From the IMG/VR virus record IMGVR_UViG_3300049448_000779: 64,000 bases of DNA; one strand, given 5' to 3'. This document shows positions 34,923 through 45,484 of the stretch, one piece after another. The notes under the pieces were generated by a model that saw nothing but the letters and a program-made list of their open reading frames with translations, was not told the DNA's origin and ran no database searches. The stretch comes from an uncultured virus (IMG/VR IMGVR_UViG_3300049448_000779). Lineage: Duplodnaviria > Heunggongvirae > Uroviricota > Caudoviricetes. The position numbers were made by a program, and so were the translations under genes. The first letter of the stretch is position 1. The number at the start of each line of letters is the position of its first letter.

Positions 34923-35987
34923 ATGCCCATTACATTCCCAGTCAGTGATGTAAGCCTCGGAGAGCCCAACAAGTGGGCACAGCTGGAACTCAAGGAAGTC
35001 ATCAACAGGTCTGTTAAGGTCCAGCCCGAAGCGTGCGGGGCCAATACTGGGTCCTCGTTCCTCGCGTTCCCTGAAGATCGTTGGAACGGCACGCAGAAGA
35101 TGAACGGGTTCCTGAATGCGATCCACGTCGCCTTCGACCTCCACTACCCCCTCGTGTTGAGCCCTGACGATGTCTGGCTCGCGATCGCACAGGGGTTTGC
35201 GGCTCACGTGAACCAGCACGCCGAAGAACTGCGCAAGCAGTTCGTCGAGCATGATGGCAAGGCCAAGATCGTGATCGAGCGGAACGGCTTCCGGAAGGGC
35301 AGCCCGGACAACGATTGGATGGGCGGCTTCCATGAGTTCTCCGACAAGATCGCAGAGCACATCGGCAAGAAGCGCGACTTGCTCGTGGGTGGCTTCAGCA
35401 CGACCGGTCCGCAGGAGCGCGCCGCCTCGGAAATCGTGCTGATGGACGCGATGAAGTCGTACTTCGACTACGGCTGCAGGACGTGCTGCGGGATCCCAAA
35501 CGTCACGCTGCTCGGCACCGTGGATGACTGGACGCAGATCCGAGATCGCGCGCAGGTCCTCGCCGAGTTCAAATGCGAGGCGTGGGTGAAGTCCCTCACC
35601 GCTGTCTTGGACCGCTTCGTGGCTGCTGCGAAGGGTTCCGCGGACCCGAAATTCTGGCAGAGCCTCTACCATGAGGGCGGGGGTTCTGGGGGTCCCTACG
35701 TGACAGGGTTTGTCAACGTTTTCTTCCCCTACGTAGGGCACGGCAAGTACACGCGCAGCAACCGGGCCACGTTCGAGTGGAGCAAGGGGATCGGGCATAT
35801 GTGCGGTGGGCCGACCCCAGGGGACTTCCCGATGGGACTGTCGTCGGTCCCGTTCGAGTGGGAGTTGTTCGACCAGACCTTCCCGATGCAGTTCCTGGGC
35901 GGCTTCGTGGGAGCAACACAAGACCCGGATACCCTAGCGGTCAGACCTTCGATCGGCTGGGCGGTGGCAGACGCGCAAGCAGTGTAG
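34923..35987 (+). CDS. DUF4419-family protein
   Basis: AFDLHYPLVLSPDDVWLAIAQG, FSTT and LMDAMKSYFDY...CGIPNVTLLGTVDDW; start from GGTGTAG-N8-ATG. Confidence 0.85.
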   Translation: MPITFPVSDVSLGEPNKWAQLELKEVINRSVKVQPEACGANTGSSFLAFPEDRWNGTQKMNGFLNAIHVAFDLHYPLVLSPDDVWLAIAQGFAAHVNQHAEELRKQFVEHDGKAKIVIERNGFRKGSPDNDWMGGFHEFSDKIAEHIGKKRDLLVGGFSTTGPQERAASEIVLMDAMKSYFDYGCRTCCGIPNVTLLGTVDDWTQIRDRAQVLAEFKCEAWVKSLTAVLDRFVAAAKGSADPKFWQSLYHEGGGSGGPYVTGFVNVFFPYVGHGKYTRSNRATFEWSKGIGHMCGGPTPGDFPMGLSSVPFEWELFDQTFPMQFLGGFVGATQDPDTLAVRPSIGWAVADAQAV

Positions 35988-36226
35988 AGAAGAGTGTGTC
36001 AAACAAGCGTTGTATAGAGGTCAAACACTACAACCTCCAGCCTGGCTGGGGTTGTTGCGTGTGTAAAACCTACAACGGTGAGCAGAGGCTAGTCTGCAAG
36101 GTCTGCCGGCACTATCGCTGCGATCGCGAATCAACCAAAGACCCAATTGATGCAGCCTCTCTCAAGACCCATGAGACCAGCACAGTCCATTAGTCTCTAG
36201 TCAGTCATATCAGATCATATCAAGAT

Positions 36227-36736
36227 TTGGTCGAAAGTGTTGCAGGCCAGATCTTGAGCATGTTAGAAAGGTTCACTATGCGCTATTTGCTACTCCCTCT
36301 GTTTCTACTCCCGAGTCTATTCTCGGGTTGTGCCCACACGACGGCTGGCCAATGCACTCCCGGCCCCGGTTGCGAGATCCCAGATTACGAGTTTGGTACC
36401 TTCGATTCTGAACCTCGCGGCGGGCTAGCCTTTGGCTACAGTTGTTACGAGACGCTGCCTCAAGATGACACTGCGGTCTGCCACAGCTCCTATGGGTTGA
36501 CTCCAGAGGAGATCGAGATCGGTAAGCGGAACTGCGGCGGGGTTGTCCTCAACCATAGGTGCCCGACGAACCCTCTGCTTTACTGTTCCGGGCTGCACTC
36601 ACGTGGTGATCCGGCACGGCCGATGGTCACCTACCTGTACTTCGGCAATCCATTCAACTCTCAAGTCCTGTCAAAGTCCGATTTACTGGGCGGGGACACC
36701 GAGTTTAACCCAGGGTTTGTAGGTCGGCTGCGTTAA
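36227..36736 (+). CDS. Putative Cys-rich lipoprotein
   Basis: MRYLLLPLFLLPSLFSGC lipobox-like signal. Confidence 0.55.
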   Translation: MVESVAGQILSMLERFTMRYLLLPLFLLPSLFSGCAHTTAGQCTPGPGCEIPDYEFGTFDSEPRGGLAFGYSCYETLPQDDTAVCHSSYGLTPEEIEIGKRNCGGVVLNHRCPTNPLLYCSGLHSRGDPARPMVTYLYFGNPFNSQVLSKSDLLGGDTEFNPGFVGRLR

Positions 36737-36743
36737 GACTGCC

Positions 36744-38042
36744 ATGAGCCTAGGAACCCTTTTGATTCTCCCTGGCCTCCCCGCTGTCCGTACGAAGCGC
36801 GGGGGGCTGATCATCACTAGGAAGTTCGTAGATGGTATGCGCAGCTACGCCGAGCGTTGGCCGGGTCGTGTCGCTACCTTGCTGAATGAGACCACTCAAG
36901 TCAGCAATAACCTGGACAACATCGAGGTCATGCCTGGCGAGCCTTTGCCGTTCGAGATCGACACGGTCAAGTTCGGCTCCACGGGAATGTACCGCCGGAT
37001 CGACCAGCTCGGCGATGTCTCGTGCGTGCTCGGCGGGCCTCACCACCAGCTGCACGGGCTTCCGCGCGAACTTCGCGCCCGCGGGATCATCTCCGTGCTG
37101 TGTTTCGAGTACTCGTTGAAGACGCGGCTTGACGTTATGCGCTCAGAGACGCGCAATCCGATTCGCTTGTTGCGTCGCGCTGCGTGGGAGGCGCGCGAAG
37201 AAATCCTGACGTTGTGGGACGTCACGGCGGCCCACGGGGTCCAATGCAATGGGACCCCGACATTCAATCGCTACCGGCGTCTCAGCGCTTCGGCCCATCT
37301 CTACTTCGACGCTCGGACTCCATCGAACGGCTTCGCCACCGAGAAGCATCAGCAGTTGCGTGCTGAACGTCTGCTGGGCAACGCGCAGCTGCACATTGCG
37401 TTCTCCGGGCGGCTTCTCAAAATGAAGGGCGCCCACCACCTGGTACAGATCGCACAAAGCCTTTTGCGGCGCCGTGTCAGGTTTCGAATGACGATCTGTG
37501 GTGGGGGTCCGCTTGCGAAGCCGATCGCACTCAGCATCAAGCGTGCTGGCCTCTCTTCTTACGTGAAGTTGGCCGGCACGCTCGACTTCGAGCGCGAGCT
37601 GCTTCCGATGATGCGCGAGGAAGTCGACTTGTTCATGGCCCCTCACGTGCAGGGCGACCCGAGCTGCACGTACCTCGAGACGCTCGCGTGTGGCGTGCCG
37701 ATCGTTGGCTATGCGAACGAGGCGTGGTCCGGGTTGCTCGATCGCGCAACCGTTGGCTGGGAGTCGCCACTCGGCAAGCCAGAGAAGCTAGCCAACTTGA
37801 TCGCTGGCCTCGATCGAAACGAAATCGTGGAACGCTCCGCGGAGGCTCTGAGATTTGCCAGTGAGCACAGCTTTGAGAGCACGTTCTCGCGCCGTGTCGA
37901 TCATCTAGTGGATCTCGTTCGTGAGCACAGAGCTTTCAGGGAGGTGGGTTATGAGGACCCTGGTTCTGTACGGGGGAACGGGAAAGAATTACCCCGGGGA
38001 GAGACTGGCTCAGGATCTCGGGATACCGTTATTCGACGGTGA
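36744..38042 (+). CDS. GT-B (GT4-like) glycosyltransferase
   Basis: FSGRLLKMKG and DLFMAPH...YLETLACGVPIVG motifs. Confidence 0.85.
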   Translation: MSLGTLLILPGLPAVRTKRGGLIITRKFVDGMRSYAERWPGRVATLLNETTQVSNNLDNIEVMPGEPLPFEIDTVKFGSTGMYRRIDQLGDVSCVLGGPHHQLHGLPRELRARGIISVLCFEYSLKTRLDVMRSETRNPIRLLRRAAWEAREEILTLWDVTAAHGVQCNGTPTFNRYRRLSASAHLYFDARTPSNGFATEKHQQLRAERLLGNAQLHIAFSGRLLKMKGAHHLVQIAQSLLRRRVRFRMTICGGGPLAKPIALSIKRAGLSSYVKLAGTLDFERELLPMMREEVDLFMAPHVQGDPSCTYLETLACGVPIVGYANEAWSGLLDRATVGWESPLGKPEKLANLIAGLDRNEIVERSAEALRFASEHSFESTFSRRVDHLVDLVREHRAFREVGYEDPGSVRGNGKELPRGETGSGSRDTVIRR

Positions 38043-40169
38043 CGAGGTCATTTTTCCCGATACGAGAGAGCGCTCAACCCGCTGTCCTTCGAACCCTAGC
38101 GATCGGTGTAGATAAGAGAATGTCCATCATCGTCATGCCACAAACCATTGTTACGTTGAGCGCGTTCCTCAAGACGAATGACCTCACTCTCCTTGTTAGG
38201 GAGACCGGTTCTTCTAAGTGGGAGGCCAGTTTCGAGCCTGACGTATTCGAAGACGCAGGTGAGAAAAATGACGATGACGCGGAGATCTTCACCGATGTCA
38301 GGATTGAGGGCGAGTCGACTCAAGAAGCCATCAAACTGATGTGCGAGTTCTTGAGTGGGAACGACGACCTGTGTATTGATGATGGGATGGGTTGCCAGGT
38401 CGCCCTTGATCTCTACTACACGAGAGTAGAGTGCGATCAAGAAGGGGTCGAGAACGCCGTCGAGAAGAAGCCAAATCCCAGCAGCTTCATGAAGCACACG
38501 ATGCGCCACCACGGCAGCGAGTGACAGGACCTACGGTGTAAGGGATGGCCCTATTTGACCTCGTCAAGAATCCAGAGCTGGCCGAACAACCCCGCGAGGA
38601 GGCTCCACACGTCGGCGCAGAGGACTCGCTGGCATCGGATCCAAACTCGACCTTCTCGGTCGAGGTCCAACGCCTGAGGCGGCGCGCTCTCGAGGTGGAT
38701 GCCCATGATCTAGCCCGCGTTACGATTCGCCGCAGTCCGTTGGATGACCTTGCTTACGAATTTCTTCGAAAGTGCTTGGAGGCCGGAGCTGCCGCTTCAG
38801 AAACTACCCAGCCCGACCATCCGAACCTTCACGATCATCGGTACCAACTCATCCTTCGGGTGTGTACTGTCCAGTTGATCGCCGGAGACTGGGAGACCGT
38901 CGTGAGCGGCCGAGAGTCAGCGCTAGCGGCTGCCGCTGAGCTGCTAGCGCGTGGCTACGCGAGTCCGGCGCATCGGTTTGACCGGAACGGTCCAGAGTGG
39001 AAGTTGAGCATCAGGTTTGGTTTCTGACTCGCCAGGTCCTATCCTCACCAGTTCCCGTCGTTAACTGACATCTCTTGGCCCACCAGTTCTTGGGGTTGTG
39101 GTTCAGGTGACATCTTCCCCCCCGTTACGAACTCGTACAGGTCTCGGTTGATGTCCAGGCTACTCACGACTTCTTCAGGCGTCGCACCGCGAGCCAGGAG
39201 GTCTCGGATCGGCGTTTCGAGGGCCTCGGCGTCGCTGACCCTGATCCCGCTTTCGCTGAACGCTGGGAACTGTTCGAGCAAAGACCAGATGTGCTGGGCA
39301 GGGATTTTCAGGCTATCCGCAATGTGGAACGCCTGGTGCGAGACGCACCGGAACAACTCGCCCTCTGTATATGAAAGTAGGCAGACTTTGCCGGCGTAGT
39401 GGGTCTCACCATCCTGCGTTACGGTCGCGGTGACGTAGGCAGTCAGAGTACTGTTGTTGATTCGGACATCAATGGCAAAGCCAAGTGATGCCTCGTGGTG
39501 GCTGTACACAATGGGGCACTCTTCTTCGTTAATAGTGATGATGTAGTCTGTCAATCGGAGCTTTACGAGCTTCACCGTGGCTACTACACCGAGTCGAGGC
39601 ACAAGGCTCGGATTGACAAGGGTTGACCTTCCTAGCAATGAAGGGCCGATTGTCCGATCAAGCAAAGTGTCGCGAACAGAAGCATCTGTCTGGAAATAAA
39701 CCTGGCCGCCGTCCCGGGGTTGCCTTGAGCAGGAGAGAAGAGCGCAATCAAGCCGGACCCTACTCCAACGGTAGCTGCTAGGAGCCCGCAGAGGACGAGT
39801 GTAATTTCTAGTCGGACCACGACTTCCTTAGTACACCGAAAACGATCCCAGGCGATGCGCCCGACTCGCGTGGGCCTTTGAAGTTTAGCCCACCCCAAGC
39901 GTATTGAGAGCATGCTCACCAAGTTTAGATCGGCGGTTAAAGCGCGTGATTTCCAGCTCATCGCACAGTACGTGCGCGAGTACCGGAATGTAGTGAAGCT
40001 CACGGAGCGCGAGATCTACCGGATCGCTTTGTCGGCCGAGCCTGACCTCTCTCAGGATACATGGCAGGACATCGTCACGACTGCAATGGAACGGCACCCC
40101 GCCGTGGTGACCGCCACCGCGCCACGCTGAATGGTTTGAAGTTCCGTTCATGCCAATCGTATTGGACCC

Positions 40170-40337
40170 ATGATCAAAAACCTCAACAAGGCCATCAAAG
40201 CGCAGCGCGGCGCTGGCATCGACATCTGGGAATCGCGCTACGTGATCGGTGGTCGCGAGATGCGCCGCGACGCGAAGCGCGCCAACAAACGCGCCCGCCG
40301 CCGCCTCGACAAGGCGATCATTCGCGAAGCTTTCTGA
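40170..40337 (+). CDS. Small basic protein (55 aa, not in ORF track)
   Basis: MIKNLNKAIKAQRGAGIDIWESRY...IIREAF*; directly follows a class II promoter motif. Confidence 0.65.
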   Translation: MIKNLNKAIKAQRGAGIDIWESRYVIGGREMRRDAKRANKRARRRLDKAIIREAF

Positions 40338-40646
40338 ACGAGTACGGGGGATGTGCCCGACCATGGCGCGTCGGGCGCTCCATGGTAAAAATGCGGGGGG
40401 CGGGAAAAGCCCCGACTTGAAGGAGTGGTGGATGACTGAAATTAGCCAGGTGACCAGCGAGCGCGTGACAGAGTGCCGCGCCTGCAACGGCTACTGCCGA
40501 CTCTCGGACAAGCCAGCTGACAAATGTCGGTACTGCAACGGCAAAGGCTATTCGCGCGACACTGTAGCGCGCCCGCTGACCGACAAGGAAGAAGCGTACA
40601 TTCTCGAGCTGCTCGCAGATGGCACGCTCGAGAAGGGTTGGGACGA

Positions 40647-41033
40647 GTGAACAAGACCTTCACCTACTACACGGACGACGGTGACGAGGCGGAGGTGGAG
40701 CTGCCTGTCAGGATGGAGGTTTGTCCAGACTGCGAGGGCCATGGCAGCGTCATGAACGAAGTCATGCGGCAACACGCATACACGCGCGAGGAGTTCGAAG
40801 AAACGTTCTGGGATGACGAAGATCGCGAAGCGTACCTGACCCGCGGCGGTAAGTACGACGTCCAGTGCCCGACATGCGACGGGCGCAACGTAGTCCCGGT
40901 TGTGGACGAGCCGCGCCTCGCGGCGCCGCAGAGGGTCATCTACGAGCAGATCCAGAAGCAAGGGGACGCCGCCGCGAGGGATCGCGCCGACGACGCGAGA
41001 ACCCGTCGGATGGAATCAGGGGACTACGAATGA
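40647..41033 (+). CDS. CxxCxGxG zinc-finger phage protein
   Basis: CPDCEGHG and CPTCDGRN. Confidence 0.65.
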   Translation: MNKTFTYYTDDGDEAEVELPVRMEVCPDCEGHGSVMNEVMRQHAYTREEFEETFWDDEDREAYLTRGGKYDVQCPTCDGRNVVPVVDEPRLAAPQRVIYEQIQKQGDAAARDRADDARTRRMESGDYE

Positions 41034-41163
41034 TGTAATGGGGCAGCGCCGTTTCCCGCCCCGAAAAGGCTATTGCTTTGTCCGCTCGATCTCGGTTAGG
41101 CACGCCGCGCAGCCCTGCAGCAGTAGGGTTTGAGCTGCGCCCGGCAACTAGGAACCCGCGCCA

Positions 41164-43353
41164 ATGCTAGTCCAGAAGATCTACCTCCGGCCCTGCAACC
41201 AAGCCTCTATGGATCTCGCTCTCGGTGAGCTGATTCTGTATGGCGAATCACGGAACGCGTTGACGCGCATCCACAATAAATGGATGCGAATAGGTAACGC
41301 GCCGCTTGTCCCCGAGTACCAGACGATCGCTCAGGACTACCGAAATCACCCTCCCAAGACCGGCCGCCGCCCTACGCTACGATGCTTGGTGCAGTGCACG
41401 GGGCGACGGATCAAGGTGCACGACGATGATCCCAGCCGTGAAGAGAAGCTGCAAAAGGCAGCGGGGAAGGCGTGCAGAATGCAGCTTACCCAATCAGGGG
41501 GCGTAGAAACCAAGCTGGACAAGCTCCGGGAGAGCTGGGGGCTCGTAGAAGTCCTGGAGCATGATCGCCAGCGCTACCGAGTTCGGTGCTCGCAGCCCAA
41601 GTCGGCGCGGTCCCTGATTCCATCGCTCGAAAAGTGGATCAAAGCCAGTGCTCCGCTCGATGCCAAGCTGGACAAGTTCCGTAAGCGCTGGGGGCTCGTA
41701 GAAGTCCTGGAGCAGGATCATCAGAGCTACCGAGTTCGGTGCTCGCAGCCCAGATCGGAGCGAGCCCGGACTAAATCGCTCAAAAAGTGGGTCAAAGTCG
41801 GCGAGTCGCTCGACGCCAAGCTGGACAAGCTCCGTGAACACTGGGGGCTCGTAGAAGTCCTGGAGCAGGATCAGCAGCTCTACCGAGTTCGGTGCTCGCA
41901 GCCCAAGTCGGCGCGACCTCAATCGCTTGAAAAGTGGATCAAAGCCAGCGAGTCGCTCGACGCCAAGCTGGACAAGCTGCGCGAGAAGTGGGTCACGATC
42001 GAGATCCAGGACCGAGATCAAGGGCGTAGTGACCACGCGGAACTGCGTGCCGCCGATATGCGTGCCGTCTACGGTCGCCACGTCGAGGCCGGCGGCTATT
42101 ACGGGACCTTCCATCTTGCAAACGAGGCTGTGGCCTCCGCCGCCAAGGCCACCGAGGCTCGTGACTCTTTTGGGCGCTTGATCGTGCGTGAGCTGCGGGA
42201 GTCCGAGACCTCCGACGACGGGCGCGCAGCGATCGACCTCTCGCGCTTCCGCTGGGACGAGCAAGACCCGTGGATGGTCGAAATCCATGGCACCCGCTGG
42301 AGCTGCCATCGAGATCAGCTGATGGGCCGCCCACGCACTCCGGCCCAGGAGGCGGTGGGCCGCGAACGAGACAAGCTTGACCCGCGTCGGCCGCCCACGG
42401 ACGCCCGGGTCGTACGCGCGCACCTTCAGCGCGATCGGATGAGCCCTCCGAGCCGGCTCAACATCCGATGGAATTGGTACCTCGTCCTTACCCTTGATTG
42501 TGATTCCCCGGAGCGCGAGGTCTCCGAGGAACGCACAGAAGCTGGCCTCGACCTCTGCTGGCGTCAAACCGATGATGGCCTCTCGTACCGCGTAGCGTAC
42601 CTCGCAGACTCACGCGGGCGGGAACGCGAGATCACCGTGCCACGCACAGCGGTATCAGCGCTGCTGCACTACGAGCACATCAAATCCCTGGCTGATCTGG
42701 AGGCAGACCGTCTGCGCAAGATCCTGAAGCTCAGTGACCGCACCGGTCACCGTACGCTCGTGCAGCGTGCTCTAGAGCGTGATGGCCAACCCAGCCCCGA
42801 TTACCGGGATCGCGACTCCAGCACGTGGAATGCCTCCGAGATCGCGCATCATATGATCCACCTCGACGAGTACGCGCACCACGGCCGCAGCAATGCTCTC
42901 GCCCAGAGAGACGGGCACTACCTCCACGAGATACACACAATCCTGCGCGAGCAGAAGGTGATCTACTGCGAGGACATGGAGGGCGACAAAGCGCTGGTCA
43001 CCAAAGAAGGGGGCGGCAAGGCTCGCGATCAGCGGCAACAAACGGCGCCGTTCACCTTCCTGCGCTTGCTACAGCGCGAGGCGCCCAAGTTCGGCGCTGT
43101 AATCGAGCTGCGTGAGCCCGCTTACACATCGCGCATTTGCGACGTTTGCGGGCATGACATGGGCGCCTCGAGCCAGCTATGGCGGCGGTGTCAGAAGTGC
43201 GGGACACGGCACGATGTGGATGCGCTGGCGGCTCGCAATATCCGGTGTGGTGTGAGCGGCCCGGTGACACCTGAACTCCAGGGTGTGGGTCCTCACAATG
43301 ACAATGTTCACGAGGACAGGAAGCCGCTCCGAAAGCGACGAACGAAGCATTAG
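41164..43353 (+). CDS. tnpB: TnpB/Cas12-superfamily RuvC protein (Cas12m/V-U1-like motif I) with internal tandem repeats
   Basis: RuvC-I AGLDLCWR, RuvC-II IYCEDM, PAYTSRICDVC...CQKC zinc finger, RuvC-III HDVDALAARNI. Confidence 0.8.
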   Translation: MLVQKIYLRPCNQASMDLALGELILYGESRNALTRIHNKWMRIGNAPLVPEYQTIAQDYRNHPPKTGRRPTLRCLVQCTGRRIKVHDDDPSREEKLQKAAGKACRMQLTQSGGVETKLDKLRESWGLVEVLEHDRQRYRVRCSQPKSARSLIPSLEKWIKASAPLDAKLDKFRKRWGLVEVLEQDHQSYRVRCSQPRSERARTKSLKKWVKVGESLDAKLDKLREHWGLVEVLEQDQQLYRVRCSQPKSARPQSLEKWIKASESLDAKLDKLREKWVTIEIQDRDQGRSDHAELRAADMRAVYGRHVEAGGYYGTFHLANEAVASAAKATEARDSFGRLIVRELRESETSDDGRAAIDLSRFRWDEQDPWMVEIHGTRWSCHRDQLMGRPRTPAQEAVGRERDKLDPRRPPTDARVVRAHLQRDRMSPPSRLNIRWNWYLVLTLDCDSPEREVSEERTEAGLDLCWRQTDDGLSYRVAYLADSRGREREITVPRTAVSALLHYEHIKSLADLEADRLRKILKLSDRTGHRTLVQRALERDGQPSPDYRDRDSSTWNASEIAHHMIHLDEYAHHGRSNALAQRDGHYLHEIHTILREQKVIYCEDMEGDKALVTKEGGGKARDQRQQTAPFTFLRLLQREAPKFGAVIELREPAYTSRICDVCGHDMGASSQLWRRCQKCGTRHDVDALAARNIRCGVSGPVTPELQGVGPHNDNVHEDRKPLRKRRTKH
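41511..41990 (+). repeat. In-frame tandem repeat (153, 153, 147 bp plus a partial fourth unit)
   Basis: Unit starts CAAGCTGGACAAG at 41511, 41664, 41817 and 41964; encodes KLDKLR..WGLVEVLEQD....RVRCSQP. Confidence 0.95.
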
Positions 43354-44044
43354 CAGGCCTTCAGTGTAGATGTGCCCGAGGGCACATCTATGCTGGCCAA
43401 GCCAGATTTCTATCGTGTCATAAGACGTAGCTGCGTGTCACTTTACCCCCTGTACGGAGGTCATAAGGACCAGCGCTGCAACTACATTCGGGTTCCGCCC
43501 GGCAGCGTTGGCTTGGCCACTTACGAGGTGACCGAGGGACAAGACGGGAGCGTCTACTACTGGGTCAAGTTTAAGATGGAGGGGCGGTTCATCCACGTGA
43601 GATGCGCCCCGACCATGATCCGCCTCGACCCGATCGGTGCAGACAGCGCGAGTTAGTCAGTCCAGGTCCTGCGGAGACATGACCAACAAGGGCAGCGTCT
43701 GCCTGGTGTCCAGAATCTCGATGCGAGACAAGCCAGAGTTCGAGTTCGTGAGCAGCCGCGCGACGCAAATCGATGCGGTTTCGCTCGAGCCTGTCACGTA
43801 GGTATTGACGGGAAACTTGGAGTCGTTTGGCACGTACACATTGATTTGGTAACGCTTCATTCGTCTCCCCACTCCACGTATTGCGCGTACAGCTCGTGCC
43901 AGTCGGCCACCAGCTCGTTTTCGATCAGCTCACCTTTCTTGTCGAGCGCGACCAAAGTAGCCCGGATTGTGGCGACCTCTAGTGAGAGCGTGGAAGCGAG
44001 CTGCGCCTCGACAGCCTCGAGCCTCTCGCTGAGACGTTGCTCTG

Positions 44045-44251
44045 TCATTCGCCACCCTTGTTGCCGCCTGAGCCCGAATACCCATCAGCATACCAGCCGG
44101 AGCCCTTCAGGATGAAGTTGCCGCTGACGATCACCCGCTTGGCCGTTTCTTTTCCGCAGAGGGCACACGTAGTGGCGGGATCATCTGTGATCCGCTGGTC
44201 CAACTCGAACGCCTTCTCGCACGCGGTGCACTCGTATCCGTAGGTCGGCAT
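44045..44251 (-). CDS. FmdB-family zinc-ribbon protein
   Basis: MPTYGYECTAC...CALCG...FILKGSGWYADGY. Confidence 0.9.
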   Translation of the reverse strand: MPTYGYECTACEKAFELDQRITDDPATTCALCGKETAKRVIVSGNFILKGSGWYADGYSGSGGNKGGE

Positions 44252-45484
44252 GGTTTTGTTTACACCACGGTGTAGTCGCCGGGAATGCAGGAGCACCCTG
44301 CCATCTTGGTTCCCTACTCGATCGAAATTGACACGCTCATGGTGCCGCTCATTCGCGAATGCTGGCGCCGCGAGTGGCACACTCGATATTGCTGTCAAGG
44401 CAACCCCTTCTCGGAGTGGGCCTATATCGCGTTTCGCGGTCCGCACGCGTCCGCGTTCCAACAAGCCGTGTCGCTGGTGTACTCGAGATGGACTCATCTA
44501 CTTGAGGCGAACGGCGAGGTCATTAGGTTCCCGCAGTCGGGGATCAGGAAAGCCACCCGAGCCCTCAAGAAGCTTTGAATTTGGAGGGTGTCGTGTTCGA
44601 ACTGTTCGCGCTGCTTATACTAGGGATGCTTGGCTTTGTGGCTTCAGTGTTTGTGTTCGGAGCCATTCTGGCCTTCCCAACAATGTGGCTGTGGAACTGG
44701 CTTGTACCAGAACTCTTCCATCTGTCGACGATTTCGTTCTGGCAAGCGTGGGGTCTCTTGCTCTTGAGCGGCATATTGATCAAGTCTGGATCGTCGTCGT
44801 CGTCTTCTTCCTCCTCCTCCTCGAAGTCGTGAGTGCCGTTCAGTTCCTTGCCCTTCCGCATAACCGACTTGTAAGCCTTGCTCAAGGGTGACTTGGCTCG
44901 GCTGGAGTCCTCGTCGCACCATGGGAGGTCTTAGGTCATGACCGACGAAGAGCGCGCGGAGCTGATGGGATTTCGGCGGCAAGCGCTGCTTGAGTACATG
45001 CGTGACATCTCCGACAGATGTTGGGCCGCTGGCTGGCAGGACGGGCTAGAAGCTGACCTATACCTCATTGCTTTCGAGGGCGCGTGCCCTGAGTACGGGA
45101 TGGGCGAGGTCACGGTCTTTGAACAAGAGAGGCTACGGTATTGCGCGACGATGGCAGACTGCTGGTTCAGCTGGTGCAACGATACCAAAGAGCCGATGCC
45201 TATCTCACTGGAGGAGGCCAAAACTCGCTATCAACACATCCGTCCCGCGGGGGTCGAAGCTGGTCGGACGGTCGAAGAGGTCGTATCCCTCTATGAGGAC
45301 TCTGGGCCTCAGGACTGGGTGCTGACCGCTAACCCGGAGCCTGAAGCGAATGAGCCTAGCAGCATTTCGTGGCTTCTCGATTGGGTGTATCGGGCTCACG
45401 AGAATTACGCATATCAGCAGGACCAGCTTGTTCATCTAGTGCGCCGGCACGATCTGCGGTTCGACCTTAGCTACGGCCGCTGCG

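Noticed and set aside
34755..35921. Long antisense ORFs (also 41494-42567, 58111-58851)
   Set aside because: Shadows of well-supported genes on the opposite strand, common in high-GC DNA
41164..43353. Calling the 729-aa RuvC protein CasPhi/Cas12j because of its size and phage context
   Set aside because: Size is inflated by internal repeats, there is no adjacent array, and I see no resemblance to Cas12j N-termini
41034..43372. tracrRNA-like anti-repeat near the Cas12-like gene (CAGCCCTGC upstream, TAGCAGG downstream)
   Set aside because: Matches of only 7-9 nt, expected by chance in GC-rich DNA
44565..44885. Poly-Glu/Asp ORF on the minus strand
   Set aside because: Antisense shadow of the poly-Ser tail of the membrane protein at 44575-44832
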